Shown here piece after piece: positions 1-10,426 of a DNA stretch of 64,000 nt (its first letter is position 1; each line of letters opens with the position of its first letter). The notes beneath the pieces were generated by a model. It saw only the letters and a list, made by a program, of their open reading frames with translations. It ran no database searches and had not been told where the DNA came from. The stretch is from IMG/VR virus record IMGVR_UViG_3300032229_000798, positions 2,199 to 66,198 of that record. The stretch is one strand, 5' to 3'. Source of the stretch: a virus. Lineage: Duplodnaviria > Caudoviricetes. The position numbers and the translations under genes were made by a program.

Positions 1-6
1 ATTGAT

Positions 7-399
7 TTGAAACTCACATTTAATTTTGACGTAAAAAAAGCAAAAAAAATTAGGCGCGGCGATGGTATGCCAAATTATTTTAAGACATGGATAGAGTACA
101 GGAATGTTAATGGTGGTTTAGGGTCTATATGTAAAGAAGATATAGATTTCTTCTTGATGGAGGGGTTAGCAGATTGGTTGGTGAAAAGCAGAGTTGATAC
201 ACAGAATTTATACAAAATCAATGAAGTAGATTCGTTTGGAAATCCAAAACCGATTCTTTTTCTGGAAGATGCAACAAAAGTAGAGTTATATCAACCATAT
301 CAAAGGAAAGGCAGAAAAGATGTTATTATGCTGGTAGAGCTGAATAACCCGAATTGGCCCACAAAAATGTCTATTCCCAAACGGCTTTTTAACCAGTAA
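7..399 (+). CDS. hypothetical protein (start uncertain, may extend upstream of the window)
   Basis: 130-aa ORF converging on the next gene; no recognisable motif. Confidence 0.6.
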   Translation: MKLTFNFDVKKAKKIRRGDGMPNYFKTWIEYRNVNGGLGSICKEDIDFFLMEGLADWLVKSRVDTQNLYKINEVDSFGNPKPILFLEDATKVELYQPYQRKGRKDVIMLVELNNPNWPTKMSIPKRLFNQ

Positions 400-1609
400 G
401 GACATTTTTATTTAACAGCCTTTGTAAATCAAAATTCAAAAGTTTTAACATTTGGTCATCTGGAACTGCCCTCATGCCAGGGTAAGGATGGACGTGACTT
501 GAAACAACTTGACGTAAAACATCAAGAAATTCAATTAATCTGTCTCCATAAGGGACAGGATGTGCTTTATCAGCAAGATTCAAGAAATCGGCATCATCAA
601 CCAAATCAGGTTGTTTTTTAACATTAAACTCTTTATTTAAATGGCTTACCAAAAATATTTTATCTGCTGCCATTAAAGAGGTAGAAAAATTCAAAGTTTT
701 TTGAGTCAACTCCGTCACCTCTGTACTCACATTGGTTGTCTCATTTGAATAAATCTTTGGCAGGCCATTTAAAGAAGAATCAGTGTACACCAATTCCCAA
801 TAAACATAGACATTTTGAAGACCAAGCAATTCAGATTTTAACTGCGCAGTCAATTCACTTTTCGTAGGTTTATTGTAGATTTGAGTGGAAATAATTTTAT
901 TTTTCTCCTTATCTTTTATTTGTATTGTAGCCTTGGTATCTGCCAAAAAAGAGACAATAAACTGTGTCTTTGGGGCGATAAAAACAGGGGCCAACTTTGT
1001 TTTTACAGTTGCCTTTTTTTCAGACTCTACTGGAAACTTTAAAGTAATATAAGCTGGGTTGACCTTGTTAAAGGTTAACGGTTTATCATTTTCATGTGAT
1101 CCTACCCTAAAAAGCAATTGGTTGGCTTTCAAAAATATACTGCTATTATTCCTGCTATTAATAGAAATATCTTCTTTGGAGGCGTACACGCCTTTAGATG
1201 CAGGTATGACAGAAGTTTTTTTCGGAGCCTTTATTGCCCCGTCAGGATAATGTGAATTGCTTTCAAGAGCAAACGGTTGATAATCGACATTGTATATATT
1301 AGAATGAACAACACTTACCCAATACCTCAAATCTTTGGTATTTGAATCAAGGCTGGTATATATGTTCCTGAACATCACCGTGACCCTTTCTCCAACCTTC
1401 GGCAAAGCCCTAAAAAAAGAGAAACTAAAAAGCGGTACGCAAACAGGTAAATCATCATTCGACACTGTTTTATCCAATTCAGGAATCCTGACCTTGATAA
1501 CCCCATTTTCTTCGCCGTCCAACACACTAACAACCTCACCCTCCCAAATGACTTTGGAATAAGGTTTTTCAAATTTACTACTGCCATATTCAGTTCCGAT
1601 TAATCTCAT
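389..1609 (-). CDS. baseplate central spike protein (gp5/gpV/VgrG OB-fold type)
   Basis: N-terminal GEVVSVLD...IKVRIPELD...LPKVGERVTVMF OB-fold signature; C-terminal HVHP (HxH metal-binding spike tip). Confidence 0.7.
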   Translation of the reverse strand: MRLIGTEYGSSKFEKPYSKVIWEGEVVSVLDGEENGVIKVRIPELDKTVSNDDLPVCVPLFSFSFFRALPKVGERVTVMFRNIYTSLDSNTKDLRYWVSVVHSNIYNVDYQPFALESNSHYPDGAIKAPKKTSVIPASKGVYASKEDISINSRNNSSIFLKANQLLFRVGSHENDKPLTFNKVNPAYITLKFPVESEKKATVKTKLAPVFIAPKTQFIVSFLADTKATIQIKDKEKNKIISTQIYNKPTKSELTAQLKSELLGLQNVYVYWELVYTDSSLNGLPKIYSNETTNVSTEVTELTQKTLNFSTSLMAADKIFLVSHLNKEFNVKKQPDLVDDADFLNLADKAHPVPYGDRLIEFLDVLRQVVSSHVHPYPGMRAVPDDQMLKLLNFDLQRLLNKNVLTG

Positions 1610-1615
1610 GTTAAT

Positions 1616-2023
1616 TTATTGAATAATGCCTTTTCCCGTTGCGTAATTAGATGTAACACCTTGACCCACAACAGGCAAAACACCACCAGCAAGGCCTGTT
1701 ACTGTTACAGGAACACCTGGGGGTATAACCACAGTCACTTTTGCGTTTTGTATTATATGTTCGACGACTGTCTCTACAATAGTATATATCATTTTTTCCA
1801 TTATAGATTCCGTGCCATCAGGTAATGGTCCGATTGGAACACCAACTTTTTGACTTTTAATTATTATCTCCTTGGTAATATCTCTTGCAGATAACCCTTT
1901 TTTATTTTCACTGCCAATCAATATAAGGGGAGAAGGGATATTGGGCGGACGACTGCTGCCACCATCCAAAATCGAGTTTAGGAAACTTATGAGGGTTTCT
2001 ATGTTCGTTAAATCTTCGTTCAT
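1616..2023 (-). CDS. hypothetical protein, probably virion structural
   Basis: 135-aa ORF, G/V/P-rich C-terminus, co-oriented with the spike gene. Confidence 0.6.
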   Translation of the reverse strand: MNEDLTNIETLISFLNSILDGGSSRPPNIPSPLILIGSENKKGLSARDITKEIIIKSQKVGVPIGPLPDGTESIMEKMIYTIVETVVEHIIQNAKVTVVIPPGVPVTVTGLAGGVLPVVGQGVTSNYATGKGIIQ

Positions 2024-3333
2024 CTGATAAATCCAGCCAAGGAGGTTATTTGTAAAACATAGAACTTTAATTGTTCCTGTTGCTTTTTTATATTACTTTC
2101 TGCAATCAATTTTGTCAACTCCCTTGTGATAATCGTGACCAAATATCTGACAACTGCACCCAGAATATGGTTTTTTACTATATCGAATATAAAGTTCTTA
2201 TGTTCTTTGAAAAACCCGACAAAGCTGACATCCACATCAACTTTCTTAACCATTTTCCTAAACAACTTTATAAACAAGATTTGTTTGGGTGAAAATAATT
2301 TTAAAGTTATTGACTTGGTTATATTCCTGAAAAACTCCAAGAATATATTATTTTGATAAGAGCCTTTGTCGGACGGCGAAACTGTTGGGGAGGTCTGGTT
2401 TATCAGGTAATCGAAATTGACATTATAAATATCTTCGTTATACTGACTGACATTTACGAGGTCGTCAACAAAACCTTGCAAGAGGTTATAATCGTATTTT
2501 ACATAACTTAATTCACAGTCAACATATTCAAAATAACCTTCTTTCTTTTGTTTGATTCTTCTTTCAATTTCTTCATCGTCGAAGCTATAAAAAGAATCAT
2601 CTACCGTAACATCATCAAATATTTTATCAAGAAGGATGTTAAACTGCTCTCTATTTTTCAATCCCCTTTTTGAAATCGCATTTGAAGCTAAAGAACTTAG
2701 CGTACCAAAAATACCATCGACAAAATCAGAGATAATTGTAACATCATTGAAAAATTGAACTTTGCTGAAATAAGCATTGACAAAATCATAAACAGTTTTT
2801 CCCTGAAAACTTGGGTCCAGTTTTATGTAGAAATTTTGATTGGAATAACTAACCAAAAGAATATCGTTCCAATTATACTCAACACCTGGATTATTGATTG
2901 CCTGATAAAGCAATTTATTCAGGTTGTTTTCATAGTCTTCATAATAAAACTTTCCGAGTTCACTATCGGGGTCAATCTTCAAGACTTCAAAAAAATCAAT
3001 TTCTTTGACACTAAAACTAACTCCTGTAAAAAACTCATCAGATATTTCAACGTCAACAGAACAGAATATATAATCGACAATATTCTGTTTGAAATATGAA
3101 ATCAAATCCGCAGATAAAGACTTTAATTCGGTTAAAAGAAAAAGTTTAAATTCATCTTTAACCTTTTGCCCCCCAAAGAAAATCCTGAATAAATCCAGAG
3201 TAAACTCTAAACTATTCCTCGGTTTAGAAATTGAGGGGAGAGAATTAGTAAACGAGATATTGGTGAAAGCCTCGTTTGTAATCTTCAACCCCTCAATTTT
3301 ACCCAATAAAATTTGTTTGGGGTCAATCGGCAT
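2020..3333 (-). CDS. hypothetical protein
   Basis: 437-aa ORF overlapping its neighbours in an operon-like array. Confidence 0.7.
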   Translation of the reverse strand: MPIDPKQILLGKIEGLKITNEAFTNISFTNSLPSISKPRNSLEFTLDLFRIFFGGQKVKDEFKLFLLTELKSLSADLISYFKQNIVDYIFCSVDVEISDEFFTGVSFSVKEIDFFEVLKIDPDSELGKFYYEDYENNLNKLLYQAINNPGVEYNWNDILLVSYSNQNFYIKLDPSFQGKTVYDFVNAYFSKVQFFNDVTIISDFVDGIFGTLSSLASNAISKRGLKNREQFNILLDKIFDDVTVDDSFYSFDDEEIERRIKQKKEGYFEYVDCELSYVKYDYNLLQGFVDDLVNVSQYNEDIYNVNFDYLINQTSPTVSPSDKGSYQNNIFLEFFRNITKSITLKLFSPKQILFIKLFRKMVKKVDVDVSFVGFFKEHKNFIFDIVKNHILGAVVRYLVTIITRELTKLIAESNIKKQQEQLKFYVLQITSLAGFIR

Positions 3334-3730
3334 TTAAAAGTAGATTGTTTTTCAGTGCTTGTCCTCTCAAGAACTCCAAATCTTTTTCTGTCAAAATTAC
3401 ATCATCCGATGTTTCATTTTCCGAAACATCCTCCACAGCAGTTCTTTGTGACATTATGGTCGTACCATAGAACTTTACCAGTTCGATTTTGAGTTTGTTA
3501 TTGGTGTTGATAATGTCAAGTGCTTTATTGTTAAGAGCGTCCAAAATCTCTGTTTCCTTCAATGTCCTGACAGTATCTTCTTCCCCTTCGACTTGTCGTC
3601 TTTCGGTTATTTCATCTTCTCTTTTACGGATAAATGAAAGTGCCCTTTTTTCCTGACGTTCAAGGTCAATAAAAGTTGTCTGAATTTTTTCTAAAACGCC
3701 GTCCAACGACGCAGGTATTTTGGATTTCAT
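3323..3730 (-). CDS. hypothetical coiled-coil protein
   Basis: 135-aa ORF preceded by the TATTTAT motif. Confidence 0.65.
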   Translation of the reverse strand: MKSKIPASLDGVLEKIQTTFIDLERQEKRALSFIRKREDEITERRQVEGEEDTVRTLKETEILDALNNKALDIINTNNKLKIELVKFYGTTIMSQRTAVEDVSENETSDDVILTEKDLEFLRGQALKNNLLLNAD

Positions 3731-3755
3731 TTTCTTGTTTTTTATTTATAAATAT

Positions 3756-4520
3756 TCAAAAGTCATCTTCAAGGTCACTCAAATAATTTTGTTTCCTTGC
3801 GACATAAAATTCTTTGTAGAATTTCAGACTCTGGCCTATTTGTGTCGTATTTAAAAGCGTCATGTTTCTGATACATTCAAGGACGAAGTTCTTGTTATAC
3901 TTTTTAGTGTCGTCAACGTAAATTCGTTCCCAATTCTGGGTTATTTCCAATATCGCTACGCCGACCTTAACATCTGAATCCTTTAGACCGTATTTTAAAA
4001 TATTATCTTCCAATAAAAGGTCTTGTATTTCATCCACGATTATTTTAAAAAATTCATGTAGGAGATTATCTTCAGAATATTCTTTCTCTTCTATATCATC
4101 CCCTTGAGTAATGCTTTTGTAAACGTCTTCGTATAAGACTACTTTCTTTTTATCTTTCGTCTCTTTTTTCCTGTTATTTTGTAATCTCCGTTTTATAATC
4201 GTACCAAAGTAAGAAAATGATTTTTTTCCTCTACTTGGGTCGAACATCGAGATTTTCATGTGCAAAAAAGATAAAGTATCGTCAAACAATTCTTTATAAG
4301 ACATTTTCGCGCTATATAATTTATACCTGTTGATGATAGATTCAGTCATCTTCTCTAAAGGAAATTTCAGGTATTGATTATATATCTCGTTCCTTTCTGC
4401 TTCAGTGGCCGCTGTCAAATATCTAACAACTGCTTCCTCTTGCTCATTTGAAAAATATTCAGATGTTTTTACATTTTCATCTTGTTTCTCATTTTTTGAT
4501 TTTCTACCTCTTTTTGCCAT
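3756..4520 (-). CDS. phage late-transcription sigma factor (T4 gp55-like)
   Basis: YFSNEQEEAVVRYL...RNEIYN...KMTESII and FDPSRGKKSFSYFGTIIKR resemble sigma region 2 of gp55-type factors. Confidence 0.7.
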   Translation of the reverse strand: MAKRGRKSKNEKQDENVKTSEYFSNEQEEAVVRYLTAATEAERNEIYNQYLKFPLEKMTESIINRYKLYSAKMSYKELFDDTLSFLHMKISMFDPSRGKKSFSYFGTIIKRRLQNNRKKETKDKKKVVLYEDVYKSITQGDDIEEKEYSEDNLLHEFFKIIVDEIQDLLLEDNILKYGLKDSDVKVGVAILEITQNWERIYVDDTKKYNKNFVLECIRNMTLLNTTQIGQSLKFYKEFYVARKQNYLSDLEDDF

Positions 4521-4551
4521 AGATTAAAAGTTAAATGAAGAGCAGGTTTTT

Positions 4552-5358
4552 TTAACCTTGGGCCTGCTCTTCATAAAGTAATTTACGGTCTTCCGTAAAA
4601 TAATATTCTTTCTTGGCAACATCCTGATAAAAGCGTTGTTCAAGAACTGGAAGAGCGGAATTAATGCTCGAAATGGAACCTTCCCTATTTACAGTATGGC
4701 GAATAATGAAATGTGGAATTACCATAATCTCTGCTTGTTGGTATAATAATCGGAGAAAAAATTCAAATTCAAAATATTTCTTGATACTGTGCTTAAAGCC
4801 GACATTTTTCACGAAAAGATCCGTATTGTAAACAGCGCCGACAAAAGAAGCTGTCATCAAATTTCTTAGGGATTCGAAATCGAAGTACCCTTGTTTTTCT
4901 GTGTAATTCAGATTCCAAACTGCCTCATTACACATACGGACAAAAGATTCACCGTCGAAATCAAGACTGATAGGTATGAATACTGAAACAGATGGATAAG
5001 AGATATTATACCTCTTCACTAGCTCTACATAATTCTCATTCAATACATCATCGTATTGTACAATGCTGAAAAGTTTTGTTTCGATGGAGTGGACGGCGAA
5101 ATTAACAATCTCCGTATAATTTGGCAGAGGGATATTTCGGATTTCCTCTGGGAGGTCAACGAAAGAGATGTTCAAATCATAAATGTTCATATTATTGATT
5201 TGTCCCTTCAAATCCTCAAAGGTGGCAACAAGGATGTTAAAATCATTGTCTTTTTGTTTGGAAAGAGACTCAAACATATTTGTGATATACTTTCGGTCTA
5301 TATCCAAAGCATGAATAGGTACTAATATAGTCAGAAATTCTGAATTTTTATTCTTCAT
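4552..5358 (-). CDS. glycosyltransferase, GT2/GT-A-like
   Basis: LTILVPIH N-terminal strand, QYDD (DxD-like), FEFEFFLRL. Confidence 0.7.
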   Translation of the reverse strand: MKNKNSEFLTILVPIHALDIDRKYITNMFESLSKQKDNDFNILVATFEDLKGQINNMNIYDLNISFVDLPEEIRNIPLPNYTEIVNFAVHSIETKLFSIVQYDDVLNENYVELVKRYNISYPSVSVFIPISLDFDGESFVRMCNEAVWNLNYTEKQGYFDFESLRNLMTASFVGAVYNTDLFVKNVGFKHSIKKYFEFEFFLRLLYQQAEIMVIPHFIIRHTVNREGSISSINSALPVLEQRFYQDVAKKEYYFTEDRKLLYEEQAQG

Positions 5359-6451
5359 CTTGATATTTTTTTATTGTGTTATCAATTTTTGAAATTTTAC
5401 TTTCAAATATTCCACTGAAAGCATTTTTTGTTTGGGTGACAAAATTATCTTCAGTGTAGAGGGTCGGAGTGGCCTGCATACTGTCATAGAGATTTTGTGG
5501 CACATCACCCAAAAGCCAAGCCTCCATAAACTTCGCAATGTAATCTGGTAGACCCAAAACATTTGAAACATAGATTGCATTATCCGCAAGGTTGGCACCC
5601 TGTTCGGTGAAAACCTCTGCCCATTCTGGAATAAGGTCTGGTATCTTCATTATACAAGGGACACCAGAAGCCATTGATTCCAACGGGAATGTTCCGAATG
5701 TAGCAAAATCATCAATCCAAACAGAAAGACAAGTTTCTTTAAGTGCCTCTGCAAAGTCTTCTTTTTTCATACCTCCAAGTGTCCTGAATGTAATCCATGA
5801 ATACATAGGATACTTTTGGTAGAACAATTTAACAGCTCTTTCAAGGTCATCTTGTGATCTTGAGATAATACTTATGATTGGTTTTTGGGGGAATGTGGAC
5901 GGCGAAAAATAAGAGGGGATTGCTGGGTTTACCACAAAAATGTTTTTTACAGGTTGGTATTCCTGCAAGAAAACTTTCATTTTATTAGACGTAGTAATCA
6001 CATTATCCACACCATAATAACTCCAGTTCTCCCCAGCATTCAAGTACTTGAAAATAAAAGAATGCGATTGACAAATAACGACCGTATCAGAAGGGAGCTT
6101 CGTTTCATGTAGTTTTTTGATTAGGTCAGAGAAAAGCTCTGGTACAAAGAAAGTATCAGCACCAGTGATTTTATACTCTGTGTTGTCATTCATCGCGGAA
6201 AGAGGTATATGTTTAAGAGACGAATATCTCTCACCCATCCAAGATTCAACCCCCACGAATTTGTCTTTTTCATGTACTATAATGACAGGATAACCTTCGT
6301 CCTGCATAAGCACCGCCATTTTATATATCTGTTCTACAGACGACATAGGCGCTCCAGCAGTATCGGAAACGAAAAAGAATAATCTACCTTTTTTGTTTTC
6401 GACCGCTGATTTAAGTTCTTCAAGTTTTTGTATTACTTCTTTATTGGTCAT
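5348..6451 (-). CDS. glycosyltransferase, GT4/GT-B-like
   Basis: TFGTFPLESMASGVPCI resembles the GT4 E-x7-E region. Confidence 0.7.
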   Translation of the reverse strand: MTNKEVIQKLEELKSAVENKKGRLFFFVSDTAGAPMSSVEQIYKMAVLMQDEGYPVIIVHEKDKFVGVESWMGERYSSLKHIPLSAMNDNTEYKITGADTFFVPELFSDLIKKLHETKLPSDTVVICQSHSFIFKYLNAGENWSYYGVDNVITTSNKMKVFLQEYQPVKNIFVVNPAIPSYFSPSTFPQKPIISIISRSQDDLERAVKLFYQKYPMYSWITFRTLGGMKKEDFAEALKETCLSVWIDDFATFGTFPLESMASGVPCIMKIPDLIPEWAEVFTEQGANLADNAIYVSNVLGLPDYIAKFMEAWLLGDVPQNLYDSMQATPTLYTEDNFVTQTKNAFSGIFESKISKIDNTIKKYQDEE

Positions 6452-7098
6452 TTTTTAAATTTGTTTAAAACATCTTTTAAATTTTTACAAGCAATTCCTT
6501 GCTCCAAATGTCTGTTGGTGTCAGTTTCGATTTTGAAAAGTTTTCGCCTGTCCCTTTTATTCTCGATTAAATAATTTTCCGCTGTTATCACTATTTGGTA
6601 ATCATTCCATATTTTGGCGTAAGAATCCACAAATTTGATTGAAGTTGGTTTACACTTCTCTCTGGATAAAAAGAATAAGGTTGCTGGTTTGCTGTTACTT
6701 TTTTCCATAGAGACAATATCAACGTCCATATTTTTAGATGTAAAAAATGCAATCAACTCATGTAAGTCGTCAAATACTGTTTTGTAGGTGGCATTTGTTT
6801 TGGCAAAAATTTCAAACGCCATTTGCTGATATAGAAAGCTGTTAAATTCTTCAGCGTTTTCAAACTCGAAATTTGTTGTCAAATAGCTTGGATCAACAAT
6901 ACCGTCCAAATTTAAGATTTTTCTTTCGATTTTAACTTTCTCAATTTCAATTACTTCCCCATCTTCATTCAACTCTCCGAATGTCAAATCTGGGTTTTCT
7001 TCCACTGAAAGCTCTTCTTCCAGATAGGTTTCATAGACTTCCTTAAATGTTTGATAATGCCTCCGAAGGACATCATTAATCGTTATACATACTTTCAT
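6448..7098 (-). CDS. HAD-fold/5'-nucleotidase-like protein (motif I degenerate)
   Basis: N-terminal KVCITINDVLR resembles IGIDIDGVLR; SKPATLFFLS. Confidence 0.4.
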   Translation of the reverse strand: MKVCITINDVLRRHYQTFKEVYETYLEEELSVEENPDLTFGELNEDGEVIEIEKVKIERKILNLDGIVDPSYLTTNFEFENAEEFNSFLYQQMAFEIFAKTNATYKTVFDDLHELIAFFTSKNMDVDIVSMEKSNSKPATLFFLSREKCKPTSIKFVDSYAKIWNDYQIVITAENYLIENKRDRRKLFKIETDTNRHLEQGIACKNLKDVLNKFKK

Positions 7099-8615
7099 GG
7101 CGTAATTAATATGAATTTTTTTAATGCGTTTCTGTATTTTTCAATCTTGGGGCCGAGGACGTTATTAAAATCAGCTTGCAGCCTTTCCAATTGTTTTGGG
7201 TCTTCATTTCTGGTGAGAGATTCATAATGATAACAAACCGCGTCCCCTTGATAGTAATTGATTTTATTTAAGACTGCAATGGATTCGATATTGAGTACGA
7301 CATCTTCAAAGCATTCGGTTGTCTGCTCATTAAACCCTTTCAGTTTTTCAAATTCTGTTTTCTTCATCAAGAGGAATGCCCCTGTGCTACCAACAAAAGT
7401 TCCAGTGAGTTTACTTTTACCAGAGTAGTAACTTTTCAAACCAAAATGTGTGACACCGACAATACCAGCTTTTTTTCCGTAAATAACGATACCCGCGTGT
7501 TGGACCCTGTTATTAGGATACAAAAGTCTGCAACCAACGGTACCACAATGTTTTCTATTCTTTTGGTATGTCGATACCATCAAGTCCAAAGCATTGTTTA
7601 TCAGTTCAATGTCGTTATTGCAGAACAACAAAAGTTCTTGGTCTGAAAAACAATCTTTTATAATATCGTTATTGTTCTTTGCGAAGTTATAATAAGGGAG
7701 TTTATATATCCTTAGTTTTACATTCTCTTTCGATACAGATGAGATGTATTCCCTTAACTCAATCAATGACTGTGAAGAGGAGCCTGTGTCACCTATAACA
7801 ATATCAAGATTTAAAATCGGATTTGTTTTTTCTATAAGGGAAGAGACACATTTTTTTACATAGTCTATTTTGTCTTTAGTAAGAATAACAACACCTATGT
7901 TAGTTGGTTTGAGGTCGACTTTTGGTTGGACGGCGAAATAGGATAAATCAGGTGTACATGATGCTGGCAGATTTTCCCCATATTCCTGCAAGAAAATTGC
8001 TCTGTTGTTATGCCAAGATTGAGTGATTGGGCCGACACTTTTATGATGGACTTTAAAAGCAGTTGTTACGCCAACCTTTACACCATTTAAAAAGTTCTCA
8101 AGGCTAAAGCTCACATCGTAAAAGTGAAATCCTGTTATCTTCTCGTTGAAACGTGCCTTTATCCTGTCTTTTTTCAATGCGATAAAAACGCCGTCCACCA
8201 CACAAACATTCATAACAAAATCATGGTCGTCGGAAAAGAAAGAATCATATTTGATAAGTTTCCCATTATCCATTTTTTCATGTGAAACAATTCCCGCAAG
8301 ATCACCCCTGTTTTCCCACCAAACCCCACTGTTGTTCATACTAGCTGAACCAGCCGCACCAATGATACCGTAGTCAGTTGTTTCAAAAATGTTTATAAGT
8401 TTTTCATCCCAACCATAGGGGAGGACAATATCATCATGTGCAAGAACCAATATTTCGCCGTCCAAACACATATCCAAAGCCTTATTATAACTTTCAGTCA
8501 AAGAATATTGTCCGTCATTAATAAATTCATGTATTCTTACATCAGTTTTACAAGATTTTTTAACCTTATTTTGATATTCTGATGCAGTACTTCGTGTAGA
8601 ATAAAAATAGAGCAT
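7095..8615 (-). CDS. two-domain GT2 glycosyltransferase
   Basis: Domain 1: LAHDDI, VDGVFIA, GFHFYDVSFSL. Domain 2: GDTGS, NFAKNNN, CNNDIE, QHAG, TGAFLL, FEDV, HYES. Confidence 0.85.
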   Translation of the reverse strand: MLYFYSTRSTASEYQNKVKKSCKTDVRIHEFINDGQYSLTESYNKALDMCLDGEILVLAHDDIVLPYGWDEKLINIFETTDYGIIGAAGSASMNNSGVWWENRGDLAGIVSHEKMDNGKLIKYDSFFSDDHDFVMNVCVVDGVFIALKKDRIKARFNEKITGFHFYDVSFSLENFLNGVKVGVTTAFKVHHKSVGPITQSWHNNRAIFLQEYGENLPASCTPDLSYFAVQPKVDLKPTNIGVVILTKDKIDYVKKCVSSLIEKTNPILNLDIVIGDTGSSSQSLIELREYISSVSKENVKLRIYKLPYYNFAKNNNDIIKDCFSDQELLLFCNNDIELINNALDLMVSTYQKNRKHCGTVGCRLLYPNNRVQHAGIVIYGKKAGIVGVTHFGLKSYYSGKSKLTGTFVGSTGAFLLMKKTEFEKLKGFNEQTTECFEDVVLNIESIAVLNKINYYQGDAVCYHYESLTRNEDPKQLERLQADFNNVLGPKIEKYRNALKKFILITP

Positions 8616-8669
8616 ATTTATATAGTGAAGATTTTTTTTTCACACAAATATAAAACATTTTTATCAATT

Positions 8670-8888
8670 ATGAATTGGTTAACACTCGACGTTCTCCGTC
8701 AAATTCTTATGGTGGCAGGTGCCATCGCAGTTGGTATGGGTTGGAAAGATGAAGGTACCGTACAAACACTCATCGGTATTGTCATGTCTATTGCAGGTGC
8801 TGCTTGGCAAATATTCGACCACAGCAATGTCCAAAAAGAGGTTAAAACTCTCCGCACAGAAGTAAAATCCCTCAAGGGTTTGAAATAA
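8670..8888 (+). CDS. putative holin (small two-TM membrane protein)
   Basis: MNWLTLDVLRQILMVAGAIAVGMGW...TLIGIVMSIAGAAWQIF: two hydrophobic helices and a basic C-terminus; ATG at 8670 preferred over GTG at 8625. Confidence 0.55.
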   Translation: MNWLTLDVLRQILMVAGAIAVGMGWKDEGTVQTLIGIVMSIAGAAWQIFDHSNVQKEVKTLRTEVKSLKGLK

Positions 8889-8909
8889 GCGGGATGACCC
8901 CAAAAAAAT

Positions 8910-8939
8910 ATGGCCAACAGATTAAGTTCTGCTGGCCAT
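8910..8939. terminator. bidirectional intrinsic terminator between convergent genes
   Basis: ATGGCCAACAG...CTGCTGGCCAT stem flanked by A-rich and T-rich tracts. Confidence 0.7.
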
Positions 8940-8945
8940 TTTTAT

Positions 8946-9530
8946 TTAGAAAAAGTTTTCAAAAGCGTCGAGTACAATGAGGTAAAAAATCAATAGAAAG
9001 ACTGATTCTTTATTCGGCCCGACTTTCTTGATGTTATATAAACTGTTATCAATCAACGCTTTTATCCTGACTGTTTGACTTTTTGTAGAAAACAATTCAA
9101 ACTCCCCAGAAATAAGGTCTGCGAAAAATTCTTTGAACGTATTTTCATATAATGTCAAAAGAAGTTCTTTGGGTGTTATTTTTCTTTCTTCTGCCACAAA
9201 GACTATCAAATGAAAAAGTAAAAGACCGAGAACATCTTTTTTCTCAACTTCAATATCTGTTTTTGTATATTCTGTAAAAATATTCAGTTTCTTGCCAGTG
9301 TAAAAAACAAGAAGGTTTTCGATTTTATTCAATCTATCATCTTGAGAAGCATACTCATACGCTACGCTATTGAAATATTCATAGATTTTATTGAATGTTT
9401 GTTCGATGTCGGGGTGGACGGCGAAATCAGGGGAGTTTGCTGCAAATTCATTCAGATTTTCAAAATACTCCTGCAAAAGAACAGGGTCTGAAATATTTGC
9501 GTTTTTCAAGATTTGATATTCGTAGTTCAT
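8946..9530 (-). CDS. hypothetical protein
   Basis: 194-aa ORF with a 4-nt overlap with the upstream gene. Confidence 0.65.
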   Translation of the reverse strand: MNYEYQILKNANISDPVLLQEYFENLNEFAANSPDFAVHPDIEQTFNKIYEYFNSVAYEYASQDDRLNKIENLLVFYTGKKLNIFTEYTKTDIEVEKKDVLGLLLFHLIVFVAEERKITPKELLLTLYENTFKEFFADLISGEFELFSTKSQTVRIKALIDNSLYNIKKVGPNKESVFLLIFYLIVLDAFENFF

Positions 9531-10426
9531 AGTCTGCCTTCTTTTGCAATGAGATAATTTGAGAATGTTCTGACAATATAATAGACAATATAGTGCGGGT
9601 CATCAATCTGTCTATTTTCCTTAAACCAAACCCTCAAAGGTGCGTCCTTATAGAACATATACCAACTGGAAAACAAAACTGACCCAACATTGCTAAAAAG
9701 ATAGGAGGAGAATACATCCACTGAATCGTTTTGGTCAAAGTCGACATTAATATTCTTGCTATTTTGACTTACCAGTTTGACAAGATAATCAACTGCTTCC
9801 TGTACATTCTTCGGGCAAACTTTTAAAAGAAGAAGGTCATCTTCTGTGGGTTCAAAGTCTTCTTGGGTATAAGAACCTTGAGGGTATTTTTCTTTTAGTT
9901 TCTTGGAAATCTCTGACATGATAGCGTAAGTTATTTCAGACATATCAGAAAGCCCAAGTTCTTTTTTGAGATTGTCGAAAAGTGGGTTCTTTTCATAATT
10001 CAATAGAAATTCATCTTGTATAAAAAGATTTGTTGCAGGGTATAAATAAGCAGTTATTACCTCTGGGGTAGTACTGGAGAATACTTCTTCAGCCCCTTCG
10101 TCAATAGAAAGCAAATCTTCTTCAACAAAAAAATCAACAACCTCTTTTAAGTTTTTTGGTAATTCACTGACGATAGCATCCAAAAAATCTTTTAAAATTT
10201 GTGCCTTTTCATACGACTTTGTATCTTCAGCAACTTCAATGAAATGATTGAAAAAATGAATCATGTTAAAGTTAGTATCAAACTGAAACATATTCTTTTC
10301 TTTTTTTACACTATACTTAACTGTTTCAACCACTTGATCCAAGTCGTAATTGTAAAGCAAACTGTCTGTTGTAAATTTAATCTTTTTCATTTTCAAACTC
10401 TCCTTTAATGATTTTTTCGTAGCCAA
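9527..10426 (-). CDS. hypothetical protein
   Basis: 299-aa ORF (start may be at 10390). Confidence 0.65.
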   Translation of the reverse strand: MATKKSLKESLKMKKIKFTTDSLLYNYDLDQVVETVKYSVKKEKNMFQFDTNFNMIHFFNHFIEVAEDTKSYEKAQILKDFLDAIVSELPKNLKEVVDFFVEEDLLSIDEGAEEVFSSTTPEVITAYLYPATNLFIQDEFLLNYEKNPLFDNLKKELGLSDMSEITYAIMSEISKKLKEKYPQGSYTQEDFEPTEDDLLLLKVCPKNVQEAVDYLVKLVSQNSKNINVDFDQNDSVDVFSSYLFSNVGSVLFSSWYMFYKDAPLRVWFKENRQIDDPHYIVYYIVRTFSNYLIAKEGRL